A DNA stretch of 62,855 nt, filler included, from Candidatus Woesearchaeota archaeon (lineage in GTDB: Archaea > Nanobdellota > Nanobdellia > Woesearchaeales > WJIZ01): assembly GCA_018221205.1 (NCBI GenBank). It is 8 parts of 8 records of this genome, joined end to end, with 100 filler letters (N's around TTAATTAATTAA, not from the genome) between each part and the next. Parts side by side here need not be neighbours in the genome. Positions count along the whole stretch, not along the records: positions 13,498 to 22,213 come from JAAOYF010000067.1; positions 22,314 to 27,048 come from JAAOYF010000068.1; positions 27,149 to 29,174 come from JAAOYF010000069.1; positions 29,275 to 38,275 come from JAAOYF010000070.1; 4 more parts are not named here. The stretch is one strand, 5' to 3'. Below the pieces are notes generated by a model that was not told where the DNA came from, did not search any database, and worked only from the letters and a program-made list of their open reading frames with translations. Of the stretch, positions 19,012-29,276 are shown piece after piece; positions within the stretch are counted from its first letter, which is position 1, and every line of letters starts with the position of its first letter. Made by a program: the position numbers and the translations under genes.

Positions 19012-19847
19012 TTTTTATGGTAAAAGGTAATGCAACAGTCTCTAGGGTTGATTTATTTGAATATGCTCGGCCAGAGATGGCAGTATTAAGAGTCGAACCA
19101 GATAACCCCATTCTTTATGCACCTGGTCAGTCAATGGAAGTAGCAAAAGTGAATGGTGCTGATACCTTAGATGCCAGGTTCTTCACCCCTACATGGGTAA
19201 CAGAAAAAGGTTGTGAAAGTCTGAGTCCTGGTCCCAATCAAGAATTAGAGTTCATCATTGCATTACGTGGTCACGTATCTGCAAAACTTGTCGCAGCAAA
19301 TCCTGGAGAGAGGGTGCAAGTAGGAGAACCTTCGGGAAAGTTTACAAGAGCAAGCTACAAACCTAAGCCAGATGATACGCTGGTCTATGTCTCTACAGGC
19401 ACTGGCCAGACGCAAAATCTTCTGGCATACCACGATCTTATGAATGGTCACAGAGGCAATGTAGTGGTAGTGGTCAGTGGCTTTAATTCGTTCGGGCATC
19501 CCTATCACGAATTGCATAACGATATACAAGACACAAGAGCTAATTACCGTTACATTCCCCTCACTACAGGGGTGGATAGGCCTGATTTCTATCATACCCT
19601 TATACAGGACTTGTTCGATGGTAATGGGTTTCACTTCACTCAGCTGACTGGCATTGAACTGGATCCAACAAACACGCAGGTGATTCTGCGCGGAAATCCC
19701 TCTATGATTCTCGGATCAGAGAGCGGACAACCAAATCTTGACCCAGAAGACAGAGGGATGGTCCAATTATTAGAAGCACAAGGTTTTCAGAAAGGCGTAA
19801 ACATCCACTACGAAAACAGATTCCCAAAATATTCTGGAAGAAGATAG
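19008..19847 (+). CDS. Ferredoxin-NADP reductase-like protein
   Basis: PGQS, VGEPSGKFT, VSTGTG, GNPSMI, IHYE motifs. Confidence 0.75.
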   Translation: MIFMVKGNATVSRVDLFEYARPEMAVLRVEPDNPILYAPGQSMEVAKVNGADTLDARFFTPTWVTEKGCESLSPGPNQELEFIIALRGHVSAKLVAANPGERVQVGEPSGKFTRASYKPKPDDTLVYVSTGTGQTQNLLAYHDLMNGHRGNVVVVVSGFNSFGHPYHELHNDIQDTRANYRYIPLTTGVDRPDFYHTLIQDLFDGNGFHFTQLTGIELDPTNTQVILRGNPSMILGSESGQPNLDPEDRGMVQLLEAQGFQKGVNIHYENRFPKYSGRR

Positions 19848-19882
19848 ACAACGCTTTTAAACAGCAATCTCATTCCCTTTTC

Positions 19883-21733
19883 ATGCAAGATATTCTTTTT
19901 CCTTATGAAAGGATCCGGCCAGAGCAGAATAAACTGATCGAGGATGTCCAAAAAACGCTAGAAGAGCAGAAAAACCTTCTCGCCCACGCACCGACTGGAT
20001 TAGGAAAGACCATAGCAGTATTAGGGCCTACCTTAAAATATGCAGTAGACAACAAAAAAACAGTCTTCTTCTTGACCTCAAGACACACGCAGCATACCTT
20101 AGCCATCAAAACAATAGAAGACATCAACAAGAAATTCAACATAAAGATAAAAGTCTGTGATATGATCTCAAAACAGAATCTCTGTGCCCAACAGAATGCC
20201 GAAAACATTCCGAGAGCAGAGTTCCATGAGTATTGCAAAGCATTACGAGAGGATAAATTATGCGAATTCTATGAGCACACCAAGCATAAAGGAAACCCCT
20301 CTCCAAAAGCAACCCAACTCATAAACATCCTCAACAACCAGATGCCTGTAGATACAGAACAGATCAACACTTTCTCGAAAAATGATAAGCTGTGCCCGTA
20401 TGAGATAGCCACCTTGTTGGGAAAAGAAGCAGATATCATCATCGGAGACTATAATTATCTTTTTGACTTTGGCGTGAGAGAATCTTTCCTAAGACGCACC
20501 GGAAAAAAGATAGAAGACTCGATCATAATCATCGACGAAGGCCATAATCTACCGTCCAGATGCAGGGAGATGCTCTCATTACAATTATCAACAATACAAT
20601 TACAGAGAGCAATGAAAGAAGCAGAGAAGTATGAATACATAGAATTGAAGGATCATCTAGAAGATATCCTAAAGATACTCAAAGAACTAGGAAAAGACAT
20701 GGAGAATAATGAGGATTTTGTTTTCAAGAATGAACTTCTCAAAAAGATCAAAGATGTAGATATATTGATCGAAAAGATGCAGAAAGCAGCCATCTTTATC
20801 AGAGAACAGCAGCGCCAATCTTTTGTAGGATCAGTAGCTTTCTTCCTGGAGATGTGGCAAGGCCCTGATAATGGCTTTTGCAGGACAATAAACAGATACG
20901 ACTCAAAACAAGGGACCATCTATCAATTAAAATACCGTTGCTTGGACCCATCTATCGCGACAAAAGACATTGTCAATAACTCAGTCTCAACAATCCTCAT
21001 GTCAGGAACACTCTTTCCGACAGCGATGTATGCAGATATTCTTGGATTCAGGAATTATGATATCAAAGAATATGATAATCCGTTCTCAAAAGAGAACAGG
21101 CAGACATTGGTCATAGAAGAGGTGACAACAAAGTTTACCCATAGGAACGAGGAGCAATATAGAAAGATAGCCTCGATATTGGCAGATATAACAAATGCAG
21201 TTCCAGGAAACACTTTTGTCTTCTTCCCCAGCTATCAATTCAGGGATACAGTAGAACGATTCTATGAAAAGCAATCAAAAAAATCAATTTTCCCAGAGAT
21301 CCAGGGCATGAATAAGGAAGAAAAAAAGATTTTTATCGAGAAATTCAAGAAACAAAAAGACCAAGGAGCAGTCATGTTAGGAGTTGCCCAAGGAAGTTTC
21401 GGAGAAGGAGTTGATTTGCCTGGAGATCTGTTGAAATGCGTTGTCGTAGTCGGTATCCCACTCCAAAAACCAGACTTAGAGACAAAAGAACTGATAGAAT
21501 ACTATGAAGATAAGTATGGTCAGGGCATGAACTACGGCTATATCTATCCAGCCATAACCCGAACAATGCAGAATGCCGGAAGATGCATAAGAACAGAAAA
21601 AGACCGAGGAATAATAGTCCTCATGGATCAAAGATATACTTGGGAGAATTATGCAAACTGCCTTCCTCCAGAATGGAATACAAGATTAACGAAAACATGG
21701 ACTGATAGAATAAGTAAGTTCTTCACTTCTTGA
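19883..21733 (+). CDS. xpd: XPD/Rad3/DinG-family Fe-S DNA helicase
   Basis: Q motif, APTGLGKT, four Cys of the Fe-S domain (including LCPYE), DEGHN, SGT, QNAGRCIR. Confidence 0.92.
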   Translation: MQDILFPYERIRPEQNKLIEDVQKTLEEQKNLLAHAPTGLGKTIAVLGPTLKYAVDNKKTVFFLTSRHTQHTLAIKTIEDINKKFNIKIKVCDMISKQNLCAQQNAENIPRAEFHEYCKALREDKLCEFYEHTKHKGNPSPKATQLINILNNQMPVDTEQINTFSKNDKLCPYEIATLLGKEADIIIGDYNYLFDFGVRESFLRRTGKKIEDSIIIIDEGHNLPSRCREMLSLQLSTIQLQRAMKEAEKYEYIELKDHLEDILKILKELGKDMENNEDFVFKNELLKKIKDVDILIEKMQKAAIFIREQQRQSFVGSVAFFLEMWQGPDNGFCRTINRYDSKQGTIYQLKYRCLDPSIATKDIVNNSVSTILMSGTLFPTAMYADILGFRNYDIKEYDNPFSKENRQTLVIEEVTTKFTHRNEEQYRKIASILADITNAVPGNTFVFFPSYQFRDTVERFYEKQSKKSIFPEIQGMNKEEKKIFIEKFKKQKDQGAVMLGVAQGSFGEGVDLPGDLLKCVVVVGIPLQKPDLETKELIEYYEDKYGQGMNYGYIYPAITRTMQNAGRCIRTEKDRGIIVLMDQRYTWENYANCLPPEWNTRLTKTWTDRISKFFTS

Positions 21734-22121
21734 ATACATGCAGACGATACTGTGGCTCAACTCCAGGATGAGCAACAGGCATATATCTTCTGTCACCATC
21801 GATAGCCATAAAATAATCAGTAGGCCTTTCCCTCACTGCAATAATGACATAGGACCCGAGTTCTTTTTTCATATACTCAGGAACAAAACGTGCAGTGAAG
21901 GGATGCGTTCCTGTACCAGAACGCTCATGAATATGGAAGCCCTGCCTACTTGGCTCAAAGCTATTTTGCTCCAACCAGGTCAATTTGTTGGTGAGACCGT
22001 CTAAAATCTGAGCATATTGCCTGGGTACTTTCTCCAAATAAGCAGGCGATAGTTCTGCAACGGCGCACATATCAAGAGAATGAAGGATCTGCTCAATCTG
22101 ACGAGGATTAGGAACGAGCAA
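21723..22121 (-). CDS. Hypothetical protein
   Basis: 132-aa ORF filling the space up to an AT-rich promoter-like region. Confidence 0.5.
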   Translation of the reverse strand: MLVPNPRQIEQILHSLDMCAVAELSPAYLEKVPRQYAQILDGLTNKLTWLEQNSFEPSRQGFHIHERSGTGTHPFTARFVPEYMKKELGSYVIIAVRERPTDYFMAIDGDRRYMPVAHPGVEPQYRLHVFKK

Positions 22122-22406
22122 TTTAATTAATCATCAATTTTTATCTTTATATACTTTTTTATGATATTAAAATATCAATATACAAAACCCTATACTAGTC
22201 TAGAGAATAGAAANNNNNNNNNNNNNNNNNNNNNNNNNNNNNNNNNNNNNNNNNNNNTTAATTAATTAANNNNNNNNNNNNNNNNNNNNNNNNNNNNNNN
22301 NNNNNNNNNNNNNAAGAGACCCAAAGCTTTAAATAAGATGAGTGATTCCCCTTTATAAAGTTTTATATAATAAACTTATCATATTGCTAAATTTTGGGTG
22401 GTAGAA

Positions 22407-23330
22407 ATGTCGGAAATGGTGAAAAAGTGTCCAGAATGTGGTGGCATAAACCTCTTCTGGAACCGGGAAAAAGGAGAAATTATCTGCCGTGATTGTGGTT
22501 TGGTCATCGAAGACAAGATGGTCGATTTTACACAGGAATGGCGTGAGTTTGATTCTTCAGAATCTGAATCTAGGCGAAGAACAGGTGCACCTATGACCTT
22601 TACCCAGTTCGATCAAGGACTGGGGACTGAAGTAGGCCAGAAATCAGATCTATTCAAATTAGATGGTGCTGATAGAAATAAGTTCTTCAGATTGAGAAAA
22701 TGGCAATACAGAATCTCAACAGCTATCGAAAGAAACCTAAAATTAGCTCTAGCTGAGCTGAAAAGAGTCTCTTCATTCCTTAAACTGCCTAAATCAGTTG
22801 AGGAAGAAGCTGCACGGATCTACACTCTAGCTGTCCAGAGAGGGCTTGTTAGAGGACGTTCAATGGAATCTGTTGTTGCAGGAGCTTTATACGCTGCTTG
22901 CCGAAGACATGAAGTTCCGAGAACGTTAGATGAATTAAGTGAAGCTTCCGGAATCGAGAAAAAGGAGATCGGAAGAACCTATAGATTTGTCACCAGAGAA
23001 CTCGGCTTGACAATACTTCCTTCAAATCCAGCTGATTATATAGCGAGATTCGCTTCAGCATTGAAGCTTTCAGCAGAGACTCAGTCAAAGGCTATCGAGA
23101 TTCTCGAAAAAGCCCAGAAGATTGAGCTGACATCTGGAAGAGGACCGACAGGAATCGCATCAGCAGCATTATACGTCTCTGCATTGATACACGGCGAGAA
23201 GAGAACACAGAGAGAAGTCGCCGATGTCGCTGGAGTAACAGAAGTCACGATCAGAAACCGTTACAAAGAGCTTCTTGAAGAGCTTAAACTAGAGAAAGAG
23301 ATCAAGAAGACCAAGAAGAAGAAGCGGTAA
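22407..23330 (+). CDS. tfb: Transcription initiation factor IIB
   Basis: Zn ribbon CPEC...CRDC, EWREF, cyclin repeats, TQREVADVAGVTEVTIRNRYKEL. Confidence 0.97.
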   Translation: MSEMVKKCPECGGINLFWNREKGEIICRDCGLVIEDKMVDFTQEWREFDSSESESRRRTGAPMTFTQFDQGLGTEVGQKSDLFKLDGADRNKFFRLRKWQYRISTAIERNLKLALAELKRVSSFLKLPKSVEEEAARIYTLAVQRGLVRGRSMESVVAGALYAACRRHEVPRTLDELSEASGIEKKEIGRTYRFVTRELGLTILPSNPADYIARFASALKLSAETQSKAIEILEKAQKIELTSGRGPTGIASAALYVSALIHGEKRTQREVADVAGVTEVTIRNRYKELLEELKLEKEIKKTKKKKR

Positions 23331-23357
23331 TTCTAAAAAAAGGGCTGAGGTAATGAT

Positions 23358-24170
23358 ATGGTTAGAATAGCCCTTATTTCAGATGTACATGGAAACATAG
23401 AAGCACTAGAAGCAGTACTGAGAGATATCGAAAAACAACATGTTGACGAGATTTATTTTTTAGGGGATGCAGTAGGCTATGGACCCAAACCTGCAGATGC
23501 GCTCGAACGAGTACTCGATGTTGCACGCCTTAAAGTAATGGGAAATCATGACGCAGCAATTGCAGCAAGTCTTGATGACAGTGAACTAAAAAGATATACA
23601 CCAAAAGCATTGGAGTTACTGACATGGACAAATACTCAATTAACAGACGCTCAAAGAGAAAAATTAAAAAACTTTCAGACCGATTTTGTTATTGACGGTA
23701 TCTGGGGATTTCATGGTACACCATGGAGTTATATGGATTACTTACAATTCAATTCAGAACTACCTAGTGCCGTTCAAGAGGACGATTATGATGCATTTAA
23801 ATTCATTTTTTACAACATGGAAAAGGAAGGTATATCCATAGGAGCAGGTGGCCATTCCCATATTCCCATCATTTCTTCGAGAAAAAAAGGAAACACCTTG
23901 GTGATCCATGGCCTTATGCCAGCAGATATTCATGATTATCGAGTAGAATTAGATGATAACAGGCCTGTTATTGTCAATGTAGGATCAGTCGGACAACCAA
24001 GAGACGGAGACCCGAGAGCGTGTTACGTCATCTATGGTACAAGCGGAGAAATGTTCTACAGAAGAGTGCCTTATGATATTGGTAAGGTACAACAAGATAT
24101 CATGAGTATTACTGATCTATCGATTGATGTGAGAAACCACCAAGCCAAAAGGCTAGAGCTTGGAAAATAA
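23358..24170 (+). CDS. Calcineurin-like metallophosphoesterase (YfcE/MJ0912-like)
   Basis: SDVHGN, GDAVGYG, GNHD, GHSH, NVGSVGQPRDGDPRA. Confidence 0.9.
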   Translation: MVRIALISDVHGNIEALEAVLRDIEKQHVDEIYFLGDAVGYGPKPADALERVLDVARLKVMGNHDAAIAASLDDSELKRYTPKALELLTWTNTQLTDAQREKLKNFQTDFVIDGIWGFHGTPWSYMDYLQFNSELPSAVQEDDYDAFKFIFYNMEKEGISIGAGGHSHIPIISSRKKGNTLVIHGLMPADIHDYRVELDDNRPVIVNVGSVGQPRDGDPRACYVIYGTSGEMFYRRVPYDIGKVQQDIMSITDLSIDVRNHQAKRLELGK

Positions 24171-24455
24171 GGCCTTAAAATGTTTTATTTTGCCTTTACT
24201 GACTAAAACTCCTTCCTTCTTCAACATCTCAATCTTTTTTTGAGAGCTTTTCTTTCCTTGATAACCACCAACTCGTCCATCAGAACAAACAACCCGATGG
24301 CAAGGAACAGTAGGTGCATAAGGATTCCGCGATAATGCCTGCCCTACAGCCCTATATGCTTTAGTATCTAAAGCTTTAGCGATCTCTTTATAGGTCGATA
24401 CTTTTCCTTTAGGGATCTTTTTGCAAATTTTCCAGACCTTTTCTTCGAACTTCAT
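24153..24455 (-). CDS. ogt: Methylated-DNA--protein-cysteine methyltransferase (short form)
   Basis: IPKGKVSTY, RAVGQAL, PCHRVV active site. Confidence 0.9.
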   Translation of the reverse strand: MKFEEKVWKICKKIPKGKVSTYKEIAKALDTKAYRAVGQALSRNPYAPTVPCHRVVCSDGRVGGYQGKKSSQKKIEMLKKEGVLVSKGKIKHFKALFSKL

Positions 24456-24488
24456 ATTCAAAGTAAATGCATAAGGTTTAAAAAATGT

Positions 24489-24863
24489 ATGTCATTTTAC
24501 TCAATGATGGAATATTCTCATCTTACAGAACCAGACGGAATCAACCTCTGCGAAAGACTGGCAAAAGAATTCTTCACGAAATCGCTGGCCCATTCAAGAG
24601 AAGGACAGGCTTATGAATCTTTTGTATCTTTACTCTACGCAAGAGGATTTGCATCCATTATTCCAAACCCCATTTTATGGGATAACATCACTACTTTTGA
24701 GCGAATTCTCACGAGAAAAGGGGCTTTCGATAGTGATTTGGCCAGCGAACATAGAGAGACTATTGCTGCCCATTGCAGATCACAGTTACACCACGAAACA
24801 AATCAATATCGCTTCCAAGATTTTGGCATCGTATCAGCTTATTTCAACCAGGATATGTTTTAA
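24489..24863 (+). CDS. Hypothetical protein
   Basis: 124-aa ORF between recognised genes; TATA-like sequence upstream. Confidence 0.55.
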   Translation: MSFYSMMEYSHLTEPDGINLCERLAKEFFTKSLAHSREGQAYESFVSLLYARGFASIIPNPILWDNITTFERILTRKGAFDSDLASEHRETIAAHCRSQLHHETNQYRFQDFGIVSAYFNQDMF

Positions 24864-25409
24864 TGATGTGAGTGTTTGTTCTTTTTTATACTTCTTGGCC
24901 TTATCAAGGATAGTATGGCTGACCCGAACATCTTTCTCCGAAAGCTGAGGAGAAAGCTTCACCAGATATTGGACAAATTGAGTGATATTCTGAGGTTTTT
25001 CAGTATAATGGCAACGTTCAAAATCAATAAGATAAGGCTTGTCCTTTCGGACAAGGATGTGTTTTACTGGCCGATGCATCTCTTCTTTATTGATCTTCAA
25101 CTGATCCATCACAAACAATTGATTGAACAGATCAACAAGAACAGAAAGGATCTCTTCTTTAGTATGTGAAGCAAGATAGTCCTCAAACATCTCGCCATCG
25201 ATGAACTCTCTTCCTAATTCGTCATCTTTAAAATAATAGAATCGAGGACCGATCCCTTTCTCATTCAATTTCTTCAAGAAATCAGCTTCAATCGCTATCC
25301 TTCCAGCAGCCTGAGAAGAAGGATTCTTCACCTTGACGATGATCCGTTCGCCTTTATAATCGTCGAGATACACCACCCCTCTTTTGCCTTTAGCAAACAA
25401 TTCTCTCAT
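24834..25409 (-). CDS. Atypical (RIO/Bud32-like) protein kinase-fold protein
   Basis: AKGKRGVVY P-loop, VKVK, helix-C Glu, IDFE. Confidence 0.75.
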   Translation of the reverse strand: MRELFAKGKRGVVYLDDYKGERIIVKVKNPSSQAAGRIAIEADFLKKLNEKGIGPRFYYFKDDELGREFIDGEMFEDYLASHTKEEILSVLVDLFNQLFVMDQLKINKEEMHRPVKHILVRKDKPYLIDFERCHYTEKPQNITQFVQYLVKLSPQLSEKDVRVSHTILDKAKKYKKEQTLTSLKHILVEIS

Positions 25410-25999
25410 TTTGAAATCTTATAGCAATGCATATCCTCAAAAGAAATATGTCTCTTTCCTAATGCTTCAAACCTGAATCCATTCTCAACAATAATCGAAT
25501 CTATCTTCTCCTTGCCGGCAATAGAAGAAAAGATGAGCAAGATGACTCCCTTATCAGCAAGATATTCTCCTGCCTGCCTCAAAAAACGCTCAATAATCTC
25601 ATACCCATGCTTGCCACCATCTAAAGCAACATCTGGGTCGCGTTCATCAGTAGGCAAGTAAGGAGGATTGAAGATGATGACATCAAATTTGTTTCCTTCA
25701 TCTTTCCTATCGGCAAAACCTTTGAATTTCTTATCCCTGATGACAACAAATTTCTTTTCAAAAAAAGAGAACAGATCAGATTTCAGGCAAAAGATCTTAT
25801 TGGATGTCATAACTGAATTGCAATGCTCTAATGCTTTCTGGTTGACATCAGTAGCGATGACAAAATCAGCTTTTTTAGAGGCAGCCATTGCCTGGATGCC
25901 CGAGCCAGTCCCCATATCCAGACAGATACCATGGGCAAATTCCATCACATATTTCTCTAACAGGTGTGAATCTTCACGTGCTTCATAGACTTCGTCCAT
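25406..25999 (-). CDS. HemK2/PrmC-like (release factor Gln) methyltransferase
   Basis: VYEAREDS, LDMGTGSG, FNPPY. Confidence 0.88.
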   Translation of the reverse strand: MDEVYEAREDSHLLEKYVMEFAHGICLDMGTGSGIQAMAASKKADFVIATDVNQKALEHCNSVMTSNKIFCLKSDLFSFFEKKFVVIRDKKFKGFADRKDEGNKFDVIIFNPPYLPTDERDPDVALDGGKHGYEIIERFLRQAGEYLADKGVILLIFSSIAGKEKIDSIIVENGFRFEALGKRHISFEDMHCYKISK

Positions 26000-26031
26000 A
26001 CAGGAAGAAAAAAGAATCAGCTATAAAAGAG

Positions 26032-26967
26032 TTATGGATCAAAGCATTTGACATCTGCTTTCTCGACATAATTATAGACATTGAACGCAGCCGTTACACC
26101 TTCTGCAACACCAGTTATCGCTTGCTTGAAGTCAGTATCAATAACATCCCCTGCAGCAAACACACCTTCCATATTCGTGAAGCCATGCCGATCTACAATG
26201 ATCTCTCCTTTCTTGTTCAATGCAACACCCAAATCTTTAGCCAGTCCAGATAAGGCAATATGGCCGATATCGATGAATAATCCCTCAATAGGAAATTCTG
26301 TTGAGCCGTTATACTCTTTATCTAAGATGACCTTATTCACGAATTTATCACCTTTGATTTCTAGGACATTGGTGTTAGGGATAACCTCTATCTTATCACT
26401 CTGCTCAACCCTTCGTTTATTGATAGGCTCAGCCCGGATATTCTCTTTCCGATAGATGATATATACTTTTTTAGCATATTTAGCAAGTAAAAGGGCATCT
26501 TTGGCAGCAGAGTCACTCCCTCCGACTAAAGCAGCAACCTTCTCCTTATAGAAAGCACCATCACACAAAGCACAATAGTGGACTCCTTTGCCTGTAAACT
26601 CTTTCTCTCCAGGAACACCTAACTTTCTCCATTCAGTTCCCGTAGCAAAGATGACAGTCTTTCCTTTGAAGGATTCATCATTAGTGGAAACAGTGAAACA
26701 ATCACCAGTCTTCTCTACCTTGACAACCCTGCCATTCTTTTGGGTGATGTTATACTCCTCAGCATGTTCCCGCAACTTATCAGCAAGATCCATGCCAGTG
26801 ATCATCTTGAAGCCAGGATAATTAGCCACATCATCGGTGTTGACAATAGTGCCGCCAGGAAGCTCTCCGATCATAAGTGTCTTTATCTCGAACCTTCCTG
26901 CATACATCGCAGCGCCATAAGCACTAACACCTGCTCCGATTATGATAGTATCCCACAGTTCAGTCAT
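26032..26967 (-). CDS. trxB: Thioredoxin-disulfide reductase
   Basis: IIGAG, ATG, CALCDG redox motif, GGSDSA, FAAGD. Confidence 0.92.
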   Translation of the reverse strand: MTELWDTIIIGAGVSAYGAAMYAGRFEIKTLMIGELPGGTIVNTDDVANYPGFKMITGMDLADKLREHAEEYNITQKNGRVVKVEKTGDCFTVSTNDESFKGKTVIFATGTEWRKLGVPGEKEFTGKGVHYCALCDGAFYKEKVAALVGGSDSAAKDALLLAKYAKKVYIIYRKENIRAEPINKRRVEQSDKIEVIPNTNVLEIKGDKFVNKVILDKEYNGSTEFPIEGLFIDIGHIALSGLAKDLGVALNKKGEIIVDRHGFTNMEGVFAAGDVIDTDFKQAITGVAEGVTAAFNVYNYVEKADVKCFDP

Positions 26968-27148
26968 GTTGAATCACCTTAATCGCATGGAGAATGTGCA
27001 ACTTATAAAGATTATGTTTAATGCGAGCGTAGCGAGCACAGGGGTTTANNNNNNNNNNNNNNNNNNNNNNNNNNNNNNNNNNNNNNNNNNNNTTAATTAA
27101 TTAANNNNNNNNNNNNNNNNNNNNNNNNNNNNNNNNNNNNNNNNNNNN

Positions 27149-27514
<366 letters not shown>

Positions 27515-27670
27515 TTTGTTTGTTTGGTCGCAATTTATTGGTTGAACACTTCCTTTTCCATACTTGATATTACTATCAAGTACACATGAATATTCCTATG
27601 TTGTTTGGTTGTTTGTTAGAATAAAATATATCTAATCAATGGAGGCGAGAGCTTTTTAGGTAGCGCAGGT

Positions 27671-27690
27671 TATTTATAAAGCTTTTGCTC
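27671..27690 (-). promoter_or_regulatory. Likely rRNA promoter (BRE + TATA)
   Basis: Minus strand GAGCAAAAGCTTTATAAATA about 160 nt upstream of the 16S 5' end. Confidence 0.55.
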
Positions 27691-27789
27691 ATAAAGAATA
27701 CCTTTGCCACATAAGATTTTTTGATATTTACTACCATATGATAGTTATAAAACAATAGCTTTAAATAGGGTAAAAAATTCACTCATGCT

Positions 27790-28890
27790 ATGAGAAAAAG
27801 AATTGCTACACTAGGAGTTCTTCTAGCAGCAGCTGGAGCATATGTAGCATTGCATAAGGCAGATACACCAAAACAAGTAGATCAACCACTAGAATCTCTC
27901 CCCGCAAAACCAGAGATATCAGCATTTGAACAATTACGTTCTGCTTACAAAGCAGCAGGATATGAGATTGATGATAAACTCTCATTTGATACCGAATCAA
28001 AGAATGTTAAGGTTATCTATGCGAACAAAAATCATGACATAAATATAGACGGAAAAGTTAACCAACTATTGGAACTAAGGGATATTGCAGAAAGAACACT
28101 CCAGACTGAAGTTCCCATCAAGATTGAAGGAAATCTGCAAGATGTACCAATTCCTTCTCAGGCTGAAGTCCAGAGAAGAGTAGTAAAGAATACCGAAGGA
28201 ATAGTGGAGAAAAATAAACAAATTGAGGATGAAATTTTTCAGCTCCATAAAGAATATGCACAGATATTAGCTGGCATACTCCATGATAATGATCAGCCGC
28301 TTTCTGTAGGCGCGACTATTGAAAAACCATATCGTGGACTGCTTGAAGAGATAAGGGCTGCCCGACAAATTGAAGAATTGATCAATCTGCCCCATACAAA
28401 TGAGACACCCTATAGTGCAAAATTACGTGGAAAAGCAATAGTGTCTGGATTGGATACTGAAAGGAGCTATCGCCTTGCACAGATCGCGAAACATTATTCA
28501 AATCTCAAGAGTATATTTGATGATATGAAATCGGCTATGGAGACCGGTGCAGAAAATTGGAACCTTGAGCTTGACAAAAACAATGAAAAAAGAGCAGTTC
28601 AGTACGCAACAGCAAGACGGGACGGCATTCTTGCACAAGTATCAACACTGAATGTATATGACCAAGTACTTGATCGATTCAAAGCCGAGTTAAAGAAAGC
28701 CGGAGTAGATCCGAACGATCACAATCAAGTACGAAATTTGTATAATGTACAGAGAAGTCTGGGTTGGAGCACTTATGCAGGTACAAAAGATGGAAATGAG
28801 ATTTTAAAAATTGGAGATCTTCATGCTCGCACTGTTGCCCATGGGATAAGAGACCAGGGAGTATCAGTACTGACGTTGAAACCAAAGTAA
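27790..28890 (+). CDS. Hypothetical secreted or membrane-anchored protein
   Basis: N-terminal basic plus hydrophobic signal; 366 aa. Confidence 0.7.
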   Translation: MRKRIATLGVLLAAAGAYVALHKADTPKQVDQPLESLPAKPEISAFEQLRSAYKAAGYEIDDKLSFDTESKNVKVIYANKNHDINIDGKVNQLLELRDIAERTLQTEVPIKIEGNLQDVPIPSQAEVQRRVVKNTEGIVEKNKQIEDEIFQLHKEYAQILAGILHDNDQPLSVGATIEKPYRGLLEEIRAARQIEELINLPHTNETPYSAKLRGKAIVSGLDTERSYRLAQIAKHYSNLKSIFDDMKSAMETGAENWNLELDKNNEKRAVQYATARRDGILAQVSTLNVYDQVLDRFKAELKKAGVDPNDHNQVRNLYNVQRSLGWSTYAGTKDGNEILKIGDLHARTVAHGIRDQGVSVLTLKPK

Positions 28891-28899
28891 GAATAAGAA

Positions 28900-29001
28900 T
28901 TATTTCTTAGCTCTCTTTCGTTTTTCCTTCTTCATACGTTTACGCTGCCACTTCCAGCGCATCTGACGCTTTTTTTTCCAGCGCCGTGAACTTCTTTTCA
29001 T
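28900..29001 (-). CDS. rpl41e: Ribosomal protein eL41 (eS32)-like
   Basis: MKRSSRRWKKKRQMRWKWQRKRMKKEKRKRAKK contains the MRWKW-x-K-K-R-M-like motif; not in the ORF track. Confidence 0.8.
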   Translation of the reverse strand: MKRSSRRWKKKRQMRWKWQRKRMKKEKRKRAKK

Positions 29002-29276
29002 ATTGTGTTGCTTCCCCAAAGATGGGTTAATTGACCTCCTTATCGTTTTAAAATCTGAAACTTTACTTACTTTAAAAAGCTTCCCATAAACGACAGTGGT
29101 TACTTATCATCAATAAGTTACTGGCTTAAGATTGAGTAAAATCTCAATTAATGTCAAGAATCGATTCCTTTTCANNNNNNNNNNNNNNNNNNNNNNNNNN
29201 NNNNNNNNNNNNNNNNNNTTAATTAATTAANNNNNNNNNNNNNNNNNNNNNNNNNNNNNNNNNNNNNNNNNNNNTA

